This document shows positions 17,901 to 31,080 of a stretch of DNA of 64,000 nt, piece by piece (within the stretch, counting starts at the first letter, position 1; every line of letters begins with the position of its first letter). The stretch lies in assembly GCF_003334815.1 (NCBI RefSeq), contig NZ_QOWO01000016.1; one strand, given 5' to 3'. Below the pieces are notes generated by a model that was not told where the DNA came from, did no database searches, and saw only the letters and a program-made list of their open reading frames with translations. The position numbers were made by a program, and so were the translations under genes. This DNA comes from Escherichia coli. Lineage in GTDB: Bacteria; Pseudomonadota; Gammaproteobacteria; Enterobacterales; Enterobacteriaceae.

Positions 17901-18292
17901 TTCTTGCCTCCAGGGCGCGGTAGCCGCTGCGCCCTGTCAATTTCCCTTCCTTATTAGCCGCTTACGGAATGTTCTTAAAACATTCACTTTTGCTTATGTT
18001 TTAGCTGATATCCCGAGCGGTTTCAAAATTGTGATCTATATTTAACAAAGTAATGACATTTCTGACGGCGTTAAATACCGTTCAATGCGTAGATATCAGT
18101 ATCTAAAGCCGTCGATTGTCATTCTACCGATATTAATAACTGATTCAGAGGCTGTAATGGTCGTTATTCATCACCCATCGCTTTTGTGATGGCGGCCATT
18201 GACTTCTGTAGAGGGTGAAGTCTCTCCCTATTCAGCAATGCAACCTCGTGTTGCCAGGCTCAAATTATGAGCAAACATACAGGAATAAATCG

Positions 18293-18898
18293 ATGACTAT
18301 GACAAGACTGAAGATTTCGAAAACTCTGCTGGCTGTAATGTTGACCTCTGCCGTCGCGACCGGCTCTGCCTACGCGGAAAACAACGCGCAGACTACCAAT
18401 GAAAGCGCAGGGCAAAAAGTCGATAGCTCTATGAATAAAGTCGGTAATTTCATGGATGACAGCGCCATCACCGCGAAAGTGAAGGCGGCCCTGGTGGATC
18501 ATGACAACATCAAGAGCACCGATATCTCTGTCAAAACCGATCAAAAAGTCGTGACCCTGAGCGGTTTCGTTGAAAGCCAGGCTCAGGCCGAAGAGGCAGT
18601 GAAAGTGGCCAAAGGCGTTGAAGGCGTGACCTCTGTCAGCGACAAACTGCACGTTCGCGACGCTAAAGAAGGCTCTGTGAAGGGCTACGCGGGTGACACC
18701 GCCACCACCAGTGAAATCAAAGCCAAACTGCTGGCGGACGATATCGTTCCTTCACGTAAAGTGAAAGTTGAAACCACCGATGGTGTGGTTCAGCTCTCCG
18801 GTACCGTAGATTCTCAGGCACAAAGTGACCGTGCTGAAAGTATCGCCAAAGCGGTAGATGGTGTGAAAAGCGTTAAAAATGATCTGAAAACTAAGTAA
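18293..18898 (+). CDS. osmY: osmotically inducible periplasmic protein OsmY (BON domains)
   Basis: 201 aa, signal peptide [28 protein letters not shown], matches K-12 OsmY. Confidence 0.95.
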   Translation: MTMTRLKISKTLLAVMLTSAVATGSAYAENNAQTTNESAGQKVDSSMNKVGNFMDDSAITAKVKAALVDHDNIKSTDISVKTDQKVVTLSGFVESQAQAEEAVKVAKGVEGVTSVSDKLHVRDAKEGSVKGYAGDTATTSEIKAKLLADDIVPSRKVKVETTDGVVQLSGTVDSQAQSDRAESIAKAVDGVKSVKNDLKTK

Positions 18899-19024
18899 TT
18901 CGTCGTAATTCGTCCTCCCGAACTTTGTCGGGAGGCGCGATGTGCACCACACTAAAAATATCGCATTGAGTGATTTTCACGCTCATATCAAGCGGTGACA
19001 TTAACTATGGTAAAGGAGACGCTT

Positions 19025-19186
19025 ATGTTTCGTTGGGGCATCATATTTCTGGTTATCGCGTTAATCGCCGCCGCACTTGGGTTTGGTGGTCTGGCCGGTA
19101 CCGCTGCAGGCGCAGCTAAAATTGTCTTTGTCGTCGGGATTATTCTGTTCCTGGTGAGTTTGTTCATGGGCCGAAAACGACCCTAG
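19025..19186 (+). CDS. ytjA: small membrane protein YtjA
   Basis: 53 aa [22 protein letters not shown]..., matches K-12 YtjA. Confidence 0.85.
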
Positions 19187-19307
19187 ATTTCAGACCATTA
19201 AGAAAATTTTATCCAAAGCCAGTCCAGCGGACTGGCTTTTGTGGTTTTAGCGAATAATAAATTGCGTTACTTTGTCATTCTTTCACAACAAAAACAGGAA
19301 GGCAGAG

Positions 19308-20381
19308 GTGGGGCAGCGAATACCTGTAACGCTTGGTAATATTGCGCCGTTGTCGCTAAGGCCGTTCCAGCCTGGACGAATAGCTCTGGTGTGCGAAGGC
19401 GGCGGACAGCGTGGAATTTTCACGGCTGGCGTGCTGGATGAGTTTATGCGCGCGCAGTTTAATCCTTTCGATCTTTATCTCGGCACATCTGCCGGGGCGC
19501 AGAACCTCTCGGCGTTTATCTGCAATCAGCCCGGTTACGCGCGCAAAGTCATCATGCGCTATACCACAAAACGCGAATTTTTCGATCCATTGCGCTTTGT
19601 CCGTGGAGGAAATCTTATCGATCTCGACTGGCTGGTGGAGGCCACTGCAAGCCAGATGCCGTTGCAAATGGATACCGCCGCGCGGTTGTTTGACAGCGGC
19701 AAATCGTTTTATATGTGCGCCTGTCGTCAGGATGACTACGCGCCGAATTACTTTTTACCAACCAAACAAAACTGGCTGGATGTGATTCGCGCCTCCAGTG
19801 CGATACCTGGCTTTTATCGTAGCGGAGTGTCGCTGGAAGGCATTAACTACCTGGATGGCGGGATCAGTGATGCGATTCCGGTTAAAGAGGCGGCAAGGCA
19901 GGGTGCTAAAACGTTGGTCGTCATTCGCACTGTGCCGTCACAAATGTACTACACGCCGCAGTGGTTCAAACGCATGGAACGCTGGCTGGGTGACAGTAGC
20001 CTGCAGCCGCTGGTCAATCTGGTGCAGCATCATGAAACCAGCTATCGTGACATTCAGCAATTTATTGAGAAACCACCGGGCAAGCTGCGGATATTCGAAA
20101 TTTATCCACCGAAGCCATTACATAGTATCGCGCTTGGCAGTCGGATTCCGGCGCTGCGTGAAGACTATAAACTTGGGCGTTTATGCGGTCGTTATTTCCT
20201 CGCCACGGTTGGCAAGCTATTAACTGAAAAAGCGCCGCTTACCCGCCATCTGGTGCCAGTGGTGACGCCGGAATCGATTGTCATTCCGCCTGCGCCAGTC
20301 GCCAACGATACGCTGGTTGCCGAAGTGATTGACGCTCCGCAGGCGAACGACCCGACATTTAACAATGAGGATCTGGCTTGA
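19308..20381 (+). CDS. yjjU: patatin-like phospholipase family protein
   Basis: GGGQRG and GTSAG patatin motifs; GTG start as in K-12. Confidence 0.9.
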   Translation: MGQRIPVTLGNIAPLSLRPFQPGRIALVCEGGGQRGIFTAGVLDEFMRAQFNPFDLYLGTSAGAQNLSAFICNQPGYARKVIMRYTTKREFFDPLRFVRGGNLIDLDWLVEATASQMPLQMDTAARLFDSGKSFYMCACRQDDYAPNYFLPTKQNWLDVIRASSAIPGFYRSGVSLEGINYLDGGISDAIPVKEAARQGAKTLVVIRTVPSQMYYTPQWFKRMERWLGDSSLQPLVNLVQHHETSYRDIQQFIEKPPGKLRIFEIYPPKPLHSIALGSRIPALREDYKLGRLCGRYFLATVGKLLTEKAPLTRHLVPVVTPESIVIPPAPVANDTLVAEVIDAPQANDPTFNNEDLA

Positions 20382-21160
20382 TTTGCCGTTTTATCGACAC
20401 CCACTGCCATTTTGATTTCCCGCCGTTTAGTGGCGATGAAGAGGCCAGCCTGCAACGCGCGGCACAAGCGGGCGTAGGCAAGATCATTGTTCCGGCGACA
20501 GAGGCGGAAAATTTTGCCCGTGTGCAGGCGTTAGCGGAAAAATATCAACCGCTGTATGCCGCATTGGGCTTGCATCCTGGTATGTTGGAAAAACATAGCG
20601 ATGTGTCTCTTGATCAGCTACAGCAGGCGCTGGAAAGGCGTCCGGCGAAGGTGGTGGCGGTGGGGGAGATCGGTCTGGATCTCTTCGGCGACGATCCGCA
20701 ATTTGAGAGGCAGCAGTGGTTACTCGACGAACAACTGAAACTGGCGAAACGCTACGATCTGCCGGTGATCCTGCATTCACGGCGCACACACGACAAATTG
20801 GCGATGCATCTTAAACGCCACGATTTATCGCGCACTGGCGTGGTTCACGGTTTTTCCGGCAGCCTGCAACAGGCCGAGCGGTTTGTACAGTTGGGCTACA
20901 AAATCGGCGTAGGCGGTACTATCACCTATCCACGCGCCAGTAAAACCCGCGATGTCATCGCAAAATTACCGCTGGCATCGTTGTTGCTGGAAACCGACGC
21001 GCCGGATATGCCGCTCAACGGCTTTCAGGGGCAGCCTAACCGCCCGGAACAGGCTGCACGGGTGTTTGACGTGCTTTGCGAGTTGCGCCCGGAACCAGAA
21101 GATGAGATTGCCGAAGTGTTGCTTAATAATACGTATGCGGTGTTTAGCGTTCGTGGGTAG
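20378..21160 (+). CDS. yjjV: TatD-family metal-dependent hydrolase
   Basis: N-terminus MICRFIDTHCHFDF (TatD HxH motif); TTG start. Confidence 0.9.
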   Translation: MICRFIDTHCHFDFPPFSGDEEASLQRAAQAGVGKIIVPATEAENFARVQALAEKYQPLYAALGLHPGMLEKHSDVSLDQLQQALERRPAKVVAVGEIGLDLFGDDPQFERQQWLLDEQLKLAKRYDLPVILHSRRTHDKLAMHLKRHDLSRTGVVHGFSGSLQQAERFVQLGYKIGVGGTITYPRASKTRDVIAKLPLASLLLETDAPDMPLNGFQGQPNRPEQAARVFDVLCELRPEPEDEIAEVLLNNTYAVFSVRG

Positions 21161-21164
21161 TTTA

Positions 21165-21575
21165 CCCTTCGTAGGCAGCATCCGGCAGTCGGCGCATAAT
21201 GCCTGATGCGACGCTTGTCGCGTCTTATCATGCCTACAGGTTTGTGCCGAACCGTAGGCCGGATAAGGCGTTCACGCCGCATCCGGCAGTTGGCGCACAA
21301 TGCCTGATGCGACGCTTGACGCGTCTTATCATGCCTACAAGTCTGTGCCGAACCGTAGGCCGGATAAGGCGTTCAGGCCGCATCCGGCAGTTGGCGCACA
21401 ATGCCTGATGCGACGCTGACGCGTCTTATCATGCCTACAAGTCTGTGCCGAACCGTAGGCCGGATAAGGCGTTCACGCCGCATCCGGCAGTCGGCGCATA
21501 ATGCCTGATGCGACGCTTGTCGCGTCTTATCATGCCTACAAGTCTGTGCCGAACCGTAGGCCGTATCCGGCATGT
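21165..21575. repeat. REP/BIME cluster, about four tandem ~95-bp units
   Basis: Repeated gccggataaggcgttcacgccgcatccggca and gcctgatgcgacgct...gcgtcttatcatgcctaca modules. Confidence 0.85.
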
Positions 21576-22438
21576 CACAAATAGAGCGCCGGAAATATCA
21601 ACCGGCTCACCCCGCGCACCTTTAACGCATCAGCCAACGGCTCAACGTCTTCCGGCGTGGCGCTCGCCCAGCTTTGCGCCTCGCCATACACGCCGTGGGC
21701 ATGAAACGCATTCAGGCGAACCGGAACATCGCCAAGTCTCTTGATAAACGTCGCCAGCTCATCGATGTGATGCAAATAATCCACCTGGTCTGGAATTACC
21801 AGCAAACGCAGTTCCGCCAGCTTACCGCGCTCTGCCAGCAAACAGATGCTGCGCTTAATCTGCTGATTATCGCGTCCGGTTAATTGCTGATGACATTCGC
21901 TCCCCCACGCTTTGAGATCGAGCATTGCGCCGTCGCACACCGGGAGTAATTTTTCCCAGCCGGTTTCGCTCAACATACCGTTACTGTCCACCAGGCAGGT
22001 GAGGTGGCGCAGTTGCGGATCGTTTTTGATAGCAGTAAACAGCGCCACTACAAACGGCAGTTGGGTCGTGGCTTCGCCGCCGCTTACCGTTATCCCTTCA
22101 ATAAACAGCACCGCTTTGCGGACATGGCTAAGCACTTCGTCCACGCTCATGGATTGCGCCATTGGCGTGGCATGTTGCGGACACATCTTCAGGCAGGTAT
22201 CACACTGCTCGCAGACCACAGCGTTCCACAGCACTTTGCCGTCAACAATCTGCAACGCCTGATGCGGACACTGTGGCACGCACTCTCCGCAATCATTGCA
22301 GCGTCCCATCGTCCACGGATTGTGACAGTTTTTGCAGCGCAGATTGCAGCCCTGCAAAAACAGAGCCAGACGACTGCCTGGCCCGTCAACGCAGGAGAAG
22401 GGGATAATCTTACTGACTAAAGCGCATCTGCTGTTCAT
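21575..22438 (-). CDS. yjjW: glycyl-radical enzyme activating protein (radical SAM)
   Basis: Cys clusters CKNCHNP and [12 protein letters not shown]; matches K-12 YjjW. Confidence 0.9.
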   Translation of the reverse strand: MNSRCALVSKIIPFSCVDGPGSRLALFLQGCNLRCKNCHNPWTMGRCNDCGECVPQCPHQALQIVDGKVLWNAVVCEQCDTCLKMCPQHATPMAQSMSVDEVLSHVRKAVLFIEGITVSGGEATTQLPFVVALFTAIKNDPQLRHLTCLVDSNGMLSETGWEKLLPVCDGAMLDLKAWGSECHQQLTGRDNQQIKRSICLLAERGKLAELRLLVIPDQVDYLHHIDELATFIKRLGDVPVRLNAFHAHGVYGEAQSWASATPEDVEPLADALKVRGVSRLIFPALYL

Positions 22439-23960
22439 GGCTTATCACGCGCGGCTGGCGTTCCAGAATACGAGTGTTGCGTGCGGCTTCTTCGCCCAGC
22501 CAGGTGGTGTTGGTGCGTGAACCTTCGGCGCGATATTTTTCTAAGTCCGACAAACGTACCATATAACCGGTAACGCGAACCAGATCGTTACCGCTGACAT
22601 TGGCGGTAAATTCACGCATTCCGGCTTTAAAGGCACCGAGGCAAAGCTGTACCAGTGCCTGCGGGTTACGTTTGATGGTTTCGTCGAGCGTCAGAATGTC
22701 GCTGATGCCGGAATAATAATAAGCATGATGCGGGGCGACAGTTTGCAGATGGGTGATCGGATCTGGCTCATCGCCATACGGCAAACGCGCGCCCGGCGTG
22801 GTGCCAATATCGGAACTGATCCCCGACTGTGCGTGTAACATGGCGCGTTTTTGCCAGCCATATTTCACGGGGGTATTGGCGACAAACTCCGCCAGTTGCG
22901 CGCTGATGCGATAACCCACTTCATTTGCGGCGGCTTCTTTACCGTAGCGCGCGGCAATCCCTTCTTTCTCACACAGCAAGTTAACCGCTTCCGCCAGCCC
23001 ATACATGCCAAACATTGGCACAAAACGTTCAGGGTTAATCAGCCCTTCTTTCACCAGGAAGCTATTCTCAAAGAAGTGTGATTGTTGATAGAGGAATTCA
23101 CACCGCGCATCGATGATGGCGATCTGCTGCTGGCAGTAGTGCGGTAGAGTGCGCGTAAAGAAGTCATCCAGCGATTCGCTGCGCTCGGCAATGGCTTTCA
23201 GGTTAAGGCGTACCAGCGTGCTGCCACCACCCGCCAGCGGCAGTGAGTTGTAACAGCTCACAATCCCGTAGCCCCCTTTTGTGAAAATTTTATCATGCAC
23301 CGGACCGTTGGCGATGTGCGGTTTGCTACATTCACAGATGTTCTTCGCCACTTCCAGCAGCAGGTCATCAGGGGTGATTTCAGGATCGTAGATAAAGGTC
23401 AGGTTCGGTGAAACCTGCTTCAACGCTGCGTCTGCACGTAAGATCGCGCGGGTAATGGGCGAATCAGACGGGCCGATATTGGCGTGCATAAAGGCGTCTG
23501 GCAGGGTTCTGTCGAGGTAACGCCAGAAACGTTTTATTCGAACATCGATCTCGTCTTGTGTTAGAATTCTAACATACGGTTGCAACAACGCATCCAGTTG
23601 CCCCAGGTAGACCGGCATCGATGTGACCGACGGTACGTGGTGGTAAAGAATGGTCAGCAGAGAGAGTGCGTCATCAAGATCTTTCGCGCCTTCCAGCTCC
23701 AGCCATTCGGAACCGTTCGCCAGAAAACGGGCGTAATCGGGTAAGACATAGCGCGGTTTGTACGGCGCATGACCTTCAAACATATCGCAGATTACACCTT
23801 CATCCAGCGCGCGGCGGGCTTCGGCAGGCAGCTGTGGGTAAGGCAGATTGTTTTCTGCTTCCAGTGCCAGAAAATGGCGCTTCTGCTCCGGGCTAAGCAC
23901 TGGGCTGGTGACAATTTGCTGGCAACGTTGTTGCAGTGCATTTTCATGAGAAGTGGACAT
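22410..23960 (-). CDS. yjjI: putative glycine radical enzyme YjjI
   Basis: 516 aa from [11 protein letters not shown]..., matches K-12 YjjI; the ORF-track N-terminal extension is not used. Confidence 0.9.
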   Translation of the reverse strand: MSTSHENALQQRCQQIVTSPVLSPEQKRHFLALEAENNLPYPQLPAEARRALDEGVICDMFEGHAPYKPRYVLPDYARFLANGSEWLELEGAKDLDDALSLLTILYHHVPSVTSMPVYLGQLDALLQPYVRILTQDEIDVRIKRFWRYLDRTLPDAFMHANIGPSDSPITRAILRADAALKQVSPNLTFIYDPEITPDDLLLEVAKNICECSKPHIANGPVHDKIFTKGGYGIVSCYNSLPLAGGGSTLVRLNLKAIAERSESLDDFFTRTLPHYCQQQIAIIDARCEFLYQQSHFFENSFLVKEGLINPERFVPMFGMYGLAEAVNLLCEKEGIAARYGKEAAANEVGYRISAQLAEFVANTPVKYGWQKRAMLHAQSGISSDIGTTPGARLPYGDEPDPITHLQTVAPHHAYYYSGISDILTLDETIKRNPQALVQLCLGAFKAGMREFTANVSGNDLVRVTGYMVRLSDLEKYRAEGSRTNTTWLGEEAARNTRILERQPRVISHEQQMRFSQ

Positions 23961-24218
23961 CTTCTGTTCCTTTTTATGCCGAAGGTGATGCGCCATTGTA
24001 AGAAGTTTCGTGATGTTCACTTTGATCCTGATGCGTTTGCCACCACTGACGCATTCATTTGAAAGTGAATTATTTGAACCAGATCGCATTACAGTAATGC
24101 AATTTTGTAAGTAGATTTCCTTAATTGTGATGTATATCGAAGTGTGTTGCGGAGTCGATGTTAGAATACTAACAAACTCGCAAGGTGAATTTTATTGGCG
24201 ACAAGCCAGGAGAATGAA

Positions 24219-24998
24219 ATGACTGATCTGAAAGCAAGCAGCCTGCGTGCACTGAAATTGATGGACCTGACCACCCTGAATGACGACGATACCGACGAGA
24301 AAGTGATCGCCCTGTGTCATCAGGCCAAAACTCCGGTCGGTAATACCGCCGCTATCTGTATCTATCCTCGCTTTATCCCGATTGCTCGCAAAACGCTGAA
24401 AGAGCAGGGCACCCCGGAAATCCGTATCGCTACGGTAACCAACTTCCCACACGGTAACGACGATATCGAAATCGCGCTGGCCGAAACTCGCGCGGCAATC
24501 GCCTACGGTGCCGATGAAGTTGATGTGGTGTTCCCGTACCGTGCACTGATGGCGGGTAACGAGCAGGTTGGTTTTGATCTGGTGAAAGCCTGTAAAGAGG
24601 CTTGCGCAGCAGCGAACGTACTGCTGAAAGTGATTATTGAAACCGGCGAACTGAAAGACGAAGCGCTGATCCGTAAAGCGTCTGAAATATCCATCAAAGC
24701 GGGTGCTGATTTCATCAAAACCTCTACCGGTAAAGTAGCAGTGAACGCGACGCCGGAAAGCGCGCGCATCATGATGGAAGTGATCCGTGATATGGGCGTA
24801 GAGAAAACCGTTGGTTTCAAACCGGCGGGCGGCGTGCGTACTGCGGAAGATGCGCAGAAATATCTTGCCATCGCAGATGAACTGTTCGGTGCTGACTGGG
24901 CTGATGCGCGTCATTACCGCTTTGGTGCTTCCAGCCTGCTGGCAAGCCTGCTGAAAGCTCTGGGCCACGGCGACGGTAAGAGCGCCAGCAGCTACTAA
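24219..24998 (+). CDS. deoC: deoxyribose-phosphate aldolase
   Basis: 259 aa [25 protein letters not shown]..., K-12 DeoC. Confidence 0.97.
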
Positions 24999-25019
24999 GC
25001 TGCCTTTTGCCAGAGGGTG

Positions 25020-25115
25020 GATGCCGGATGCGGCGGAACGCCTTATCCGGCCTACGGGTCGAGTGCCGTGTAGGCCTTGTATGATGCGTCAGCATCGCAT
25101 CAGGCAATAACAACA
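25020..25115. repeat. REP element (deoC-deoA intergenic)
   Basis: gccggatgcggcg...cgccttatccggcctac REP consensus. Confidence 0.7.
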
Positions 25116-25164
25116 TCCGCCATCTGGCAACAACGCCTTCAAACTTATTCCACGGGAGGTTACC

Positions 25165-26487
25165 TTGTTTCTCGCACAAGAAATTATTCGTAAAAAACGT
25201 GATGGTCATGCGCTGAGCGATGAAGAAATTCGCTTCTTTATCAACGGCATTCGCGACAACACTATCTCCGAAGGGCAGATTGCCGCCCTCGCGATGACCA
25301 TTTTCTTCCACGATATGACAATGCCGGAGCGTGTCTCGCTGACGATGGCGATGCGAGATTCAGGAACCGTTCTCGACTGGAAAAGCCTGCATCTGAATGG
25401 CCCGATTGTTGATAAACACTCGACCGGCGGCGTCGGCGATGTGACTTCGCTGATGTTGGGGCCAATGGTCGCTGCCTGCGGCGGCTATATTCCGATGATC
25501 TCCGGTCGCGGCCTCGGCCATACTGGTGGTACGCTCGACAAACTGGAATCCATCCCTGGCTTCGACATCTTCCCAGATGACAACCGTTTCCGCGAAATTA
25601 TTAAAGACGTCGGCGTGGCGATTATTGGCCAGACCAGTTCACTGGCTCCGGCGGATAAACGTTTCTATGCGACCCGCGATATTACCGCAACCGTGGATTC
25701 CATCCCGCTGATCACTGCCTCGATCCTGGCGAAGAAACTGGCGGAAGGTCTGGATGCACTGGTGATGGACGTGAAAGTCGGTAGCGGTGCATTTATGCCG
25801 ACCTACGAACTCTCTGAAGCCCTTGCCGAAGCGATTGTTGGCGTGGCTAACGGCGCTGGCGTGCGCACCACCGCGCTACTCACCGACATGAATCAGGTGC
25901 TGGCCTCCAGTGCCGGTAACGCGGTTGAAGTACGTGAAGCGGTGCAGTTCCTGACAGGTGAGTACCGTAACCCGCGTCTGTTTGATGTCACGATGGCGTT
26001 GTGTGTGGAGATGCTTACCTCCGGCAAACTGGCGAAAGATGACGCCGAAGCGCGCGCGAAATTGCAGGCGGTACTGGACAACGGTAAAGCGGCAGAAGTC
26101 TTTGGTCGTATGGTAGCGGCACAAAAAGGCCCGACCGACTTCGTTGAGAACTACGCGAAGTATCTGCCGACAGCGATGCTGACGAAAGCAGTCTATGCTG
26201 ATACCGAAGGTTTTGTCAGTGATATGGATACCCGCGCGCTGGGAATGGCAGTGGTTGCAATGGGCGGCGGTCGCCGTCAGGCATCTGACACCATCGATTA
26301 CAGCGTCGGCTTTACTGATATGGCGCGTTTGGGTGACCAGGTAGACGGTCAGCGTCCGCTGGCGGTTATCCACGCGAAAGACGAAAACAGCTGGCAGGAA
26401 GCGGCGAAAGCGGTGAAAGCGGCAATTAAACTTGCCGATAAAGCACCGGAAAGCACACCAACTGTCTATCGCCGTATCAGCGAATAA
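25165..26487 (+). CDS. deoA: thymidine phosphorylase
   Basis: 440 aa, TTG start, [15 protein letters not shown]..., K-12 DeoA. Confidence 0.97.
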
Positions 26488-26517
26488 CGGTATACTGATC
26501 TGATCATTTAAATTTGA

Positions 26518-27762
<1,245 letters not shown>

Positions 27763-27818
27763 TGGATTTGGGCGGAGCAGTGACTCCGCCTTTAATATGT
27801 CACAAAAAGGATAAAATG

Positions 27819-28538
27819 ATGGCTACTCCACACATTAATGCAGAAATGGGCGATTTCGCTGACGTAGTTTTGATGCCAGGCGACCCGCTGCGTGCGAAGT
27901 ATATTGCTGAAACTTTCCTTGAAGATGCCCGTGAAGTGAACAACGTTCGCGGTATGCTGGGTTTCACCGGTACTTACAAAGGCCGCAAAATTTCTGTAAT
28001 GGGCCACGGTATGGGTATCCCGTCCTGCTCCATCTACACTAAAGAACTGATCACCGATTTCGGCGTGAAGAAAATCATTCGCGTTGGTTCCTGTGGTGCA
28101 GTTCTGCCGCACGTAAAACTGCGTGACGTAGTGATTGGTATGGGTGCCTGCACCGATTCCAAAGTTAACCGCATCCGTTTTAAAGACCATGACTTTGCAG
28201 CTATCGCTGACTTCGACATGGTGCGTAACGCGGTAGATGCAGCTAAAGCACTGGGCATTGATGCTCGCGTTGGTAACCTGTTCTCCGCTGACCTGTTCTA
28301 CTCTCCGGACGGCGAAATGTTCGACGTGATGGAAAAATACGGCATCCTCGGCGTGGAAATGGAAGCAGCTGGTATCTACGGCGTCGCTGCAGAATTCGGC
28401 GCGAAAGCCCTGACCATCTGCACCGTATCTGACCATATCCGCACGCACGAGCAGACCACTGCCGCTGAGCGTCAGACTACCTTCAACGACATGATCAAAA
28501 TCGCACTGGAATCCGTTCTGCTGGGCGATAAAGAGTAA
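27819..28538 (+). CDS. deoD: purine nucleoside phosphorylase
   Basis: 239 aa [33 protein letters not shown]..., K-12 DeoD. Confidence 0.97.
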
Positions 28539-28570
28539 TTGTGTTTCGCTGAAAGGCGATTGTCGTGTGA

Positions 28571-28601
28571 AGCCGGAGCGGGAGACCGCTCCGGCTTTTT
28601 A
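28571..28601 (+). terminator. Rho-independent terminator of deo operon
   Basis: agccggagcgggagaccgctccggct hairpin plus TTTTT. Confidence 0.8.
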
Positions 28602-28704
28602 GCATCTATTCATTTTTCTCTCCAGCTTGAATATTTTCGCTATACTTTTCAGTGAAATGTGTTAATAAATCTATTCAAGTATCTATTCACGAATCTATTC
28701 ATTA

Positions 28705-30036
28705 ATGAGCGAACTGACCGATCTTTTACTGCAAGGGCCGCGTTCTGCCCCGGAATTGCGCCAGCGTCTGGCAATCAGTCAGGCGACGTTCTCACGTCTT
28801 GTTGCCAGAGAAGATCGGGTGATTCGCTTTGGCAAAGCACGGGCAACGCGATATGCACTGCTGCGTCCTTATCGCGGAATTGAACGTATTCCCGTCTGGC
28901 GGGTGGACGATGCCGGAAAGGCGCATAAATTCGCCGACATCCAGTTGTGCTGGCCGCAGGGAAGTTGTCTGGTCACAGGCGGAAAGGGCGACGAACAGTG
29001 GTTTGATGGTTTGCCCTGGTATTTGACCGATCTCCGACCACAGGGGTTTTTGGGGCGCGCGTGGGGCAGAAATTTAGCCGGACAACTGAATCTGACTGAA
29101 GATATACGTCTCTGGCAGGAAGAAGATGTGCTCTACGCCCTGACCGTATTTAACGGTGAATATACCGGGGGCTGGCTGGTCGGGGAGAGGAATTATCAGC
29201 GATGGATTACTGCACCACGCCCTGCGGCAATTCCTCTGGATCAAAAACTCACCCGTTACGAACAACTGGCGCATGATGCACTGGCAGGAGAAATTGTGGG
29301 TTCTTCTGCGGGCGGCGAGCAGCCAAAATTTACCTGCTATGTACAAACGCCGTCAGGCAATAAACATGTGTTGGTGAAATTCACCGTGCCACAGCAAACC
29401 GCGGTCAGCCAACGTTGGGGTGACCTGCTAATTGCTGAATCTATTGCCGCGCAAATCCTGTGCGACGGTGGGATCCACGCCATCGAGTCAACGGTGCTTG
29501 TAACAAGTAACAGGCAGGTATTCCTTGAAGCGCAACGCTTTGACTGTAAAGGTAACGATGGTCGCTTGCCCATTGTGTCGCTGGAGGCGGTGCAGAGTGA
29601 GTTTATCTCTTCTCCGGGATCGTGGCCGGAGGCAATGCGCCGTTTGTGTGAGCAACAATTTGTCACTCACCAGAGCGTGGCGCAAACAGAAGTGATCTGG
29701 GCGTTTGGGCGACTTATCGCCAACAGCGATATGCACGCAGGCAATTTATCATTTTATTTATCTGAACCACCATTTGCGCTGACGCCCGTCTACGACATGC
29801 TGCCGATGGCCTATGCACCAAACAGCGCCGGAATGCTGCGTGATGCTGCCATTGAGGTGAAGTTTGATCTTAACGTCAGTAAAAGCGCATGGTTAACGGC
29901 GATCCCGCTGGCGCAGCAGTTCTGGCAAATGGTCGCTGGAGATCCGCGTATCAGCGAGGCGTTTCGCCACATTGCGCAGGAAATGCCGGAAAAAATCCGG
30001 CAAATCGAAGGGAAAGTTGCCCGCATGGGCGGGTAA
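28705..30036 (+). CDS. yjjJ: HipA-like Ser/Thr kinase with N-terminal HTH
   Basis: 443 aa, matches K-12 YjjJ from memory. Confidence 0.85.
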   Translation: MSELTDLLLQGPRSAPELRQRLAISQATFSRLVAREDRVIRFGKARATRYALLRPYRGIERIPVWRVDDAGKAHKFADIQLCWPQGSCLVTGGKGDEQWFDGLPWYLTDLRPQGFLGRAWGRNLAGQLNLTEDIRLWQEEDVLYALTVFNGEYTGGWLVGERNYQRWITAPRPAAIPLDQKLTRYEQLAHDALAGEIVGSSAGGEQPKFTCYVQTPSGNKHVLVKFTVPQQTAVSQRWGDLLIAESIAAQILCDGGIHAIESTVLVTSNRQVFLEAQRFDCKGNDGRLPIVSLEAVQSEFISSPGSWPEAMRRLCEQQFVTHQSVAQTEVIWAFGRLIANSDMHAGNLSFYLSEPPFALTPVYDMLPMAYAPNSAGMLRDAAIEVKFDLNVSKSAWLTAIPLAQQFWQMVAGDPRISEAFRHIAQEMPEKIRQIEGKVARMGG

Positions 30037-31053
30037 CTACCGTACCGCTCCCGCTATCCACGCCGACAACTCCCGTAGCTCTTTTTCCTGTTCAGGGAAG
30101 TCAACCAACAGCGCTTCACACTCTTGTTGCAGCATGTCAGCGCGGTATAGGCAGCCTTGCAGTCGTCCGGCGAGAGCTTCCAGAGGTGCGGGGTTGAGGC
30201 TATCGGTAAACACCTGGGTGCGGGTGATATGGCCTTTTTCGACGTCGAAATGCAGTTCTACGCCGCCCCAGGTAAAGCGTTCATCCAGCAGATGCGAAAA
30301 CGCCGGAGCCTGACCGAAGTTCCATTCCCAGCTACTCTGGCGGGCAAAGGTTTCGGCAAAGTTCGGCAAGTCTGGCGTTTTGTCCGGTGAGATGATTTCC
30401 GCTTCTGTGCGCTCGCCATAATGTGCGAAAAAGGTTTCGGATATGGCCTCGCAAACCTGCTCATGGGTAATTCCCGGCAGCAATTCGGTCAGATTGGTCA
30501 CGCGGGAACGTACCGACGTAATGCCTTTCGCCGCCAGTTTCTTTTTATCCGGGTTGAGATAGTTTGCCAGGCGGCTAAGGTCGGCATTGAGTAGCAAGGT
30601 GCCGTGGTGGAAGCCACGATCTTTGGTTTCGCGATAGGCCGAGCCTGAGACTTTACGGTCGCCTTCGGCGGTTTTCACCACCAAATCGTTACGTCCGGAC
30701 GCTTCGGCGCTGACACCGAGCGCGTTCAGTGCATTGAGCACAATTGAGGTGGAGATCGTTTTATCGTATTCCGGCTTGCCAGCCATGAAGGTAAAACAGG
30801 TATTGCCGAGATCGTGGAACACCGCGCCGCCACCGCTACTGCGCCGCGCCAGGCGGACGTTATCTTCTTCCATCCGCCGGGTATTACACTCTTTCCACGG
30901 GTTCTGCGCGCGACCAATCACCACGGTGTCAGCATTGCGCCAGAGAAACAAAACGCGCTGCGTGGCGGGCATCTGGCGAAAAATACACTCCTCCACCGCC
31001 AGGTTAAACCACGGATCGTAAGAGTCAGAGATGAGCAGGCGTAATGTGGACAT
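30037..31053 (-). CDS. lplA: lipoate-protein ligase A
   Basis: 338 aa [22 protein letters not shown]..., K-12 LplA. Confidence 0.95.
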   Translation of the reverse strand: MSTLRLLISDSYDPWFNLAVEECIFRQMPATQRVLFLWRNADTVVIGRAQNPWKECNTRRMEEDNVRLARRSSGGGAVFHDLGNTCFTFMAGKPEYDKTISTSIVLNALNALGVSAEASGRNDLVVKTAEGDRKVSGSAYRETKDRGFHHGTLLLNADLSRLANYLNPDKKKLAAKGITSVRSRVTNLTELLPGITHEQVCEAISETFFAHYGERTEAEIISPDKTPDLPNFAETFARQSSWEWNFGQAPAFSHLLDERFTWGGVELHFDVEKGHITRTQVFTDSLNPAPLEALAGRLQGCLYRADMLQQECEALLVDFPEQEKELRELSAWIAGAVR

Positions 31054-31080
31054 AACGATTTCCTTTCTTGTAGTAATGGG

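Noticed and set aside
21025-21744. ORFs of 60-90 aa overlapping the REP array (for example 21025-21300, 21199-21408, 21373-21573, 21508-21744)
   Set aside because: Translations of palindromic REP repeats (Arg/Cys-rich); not genes.
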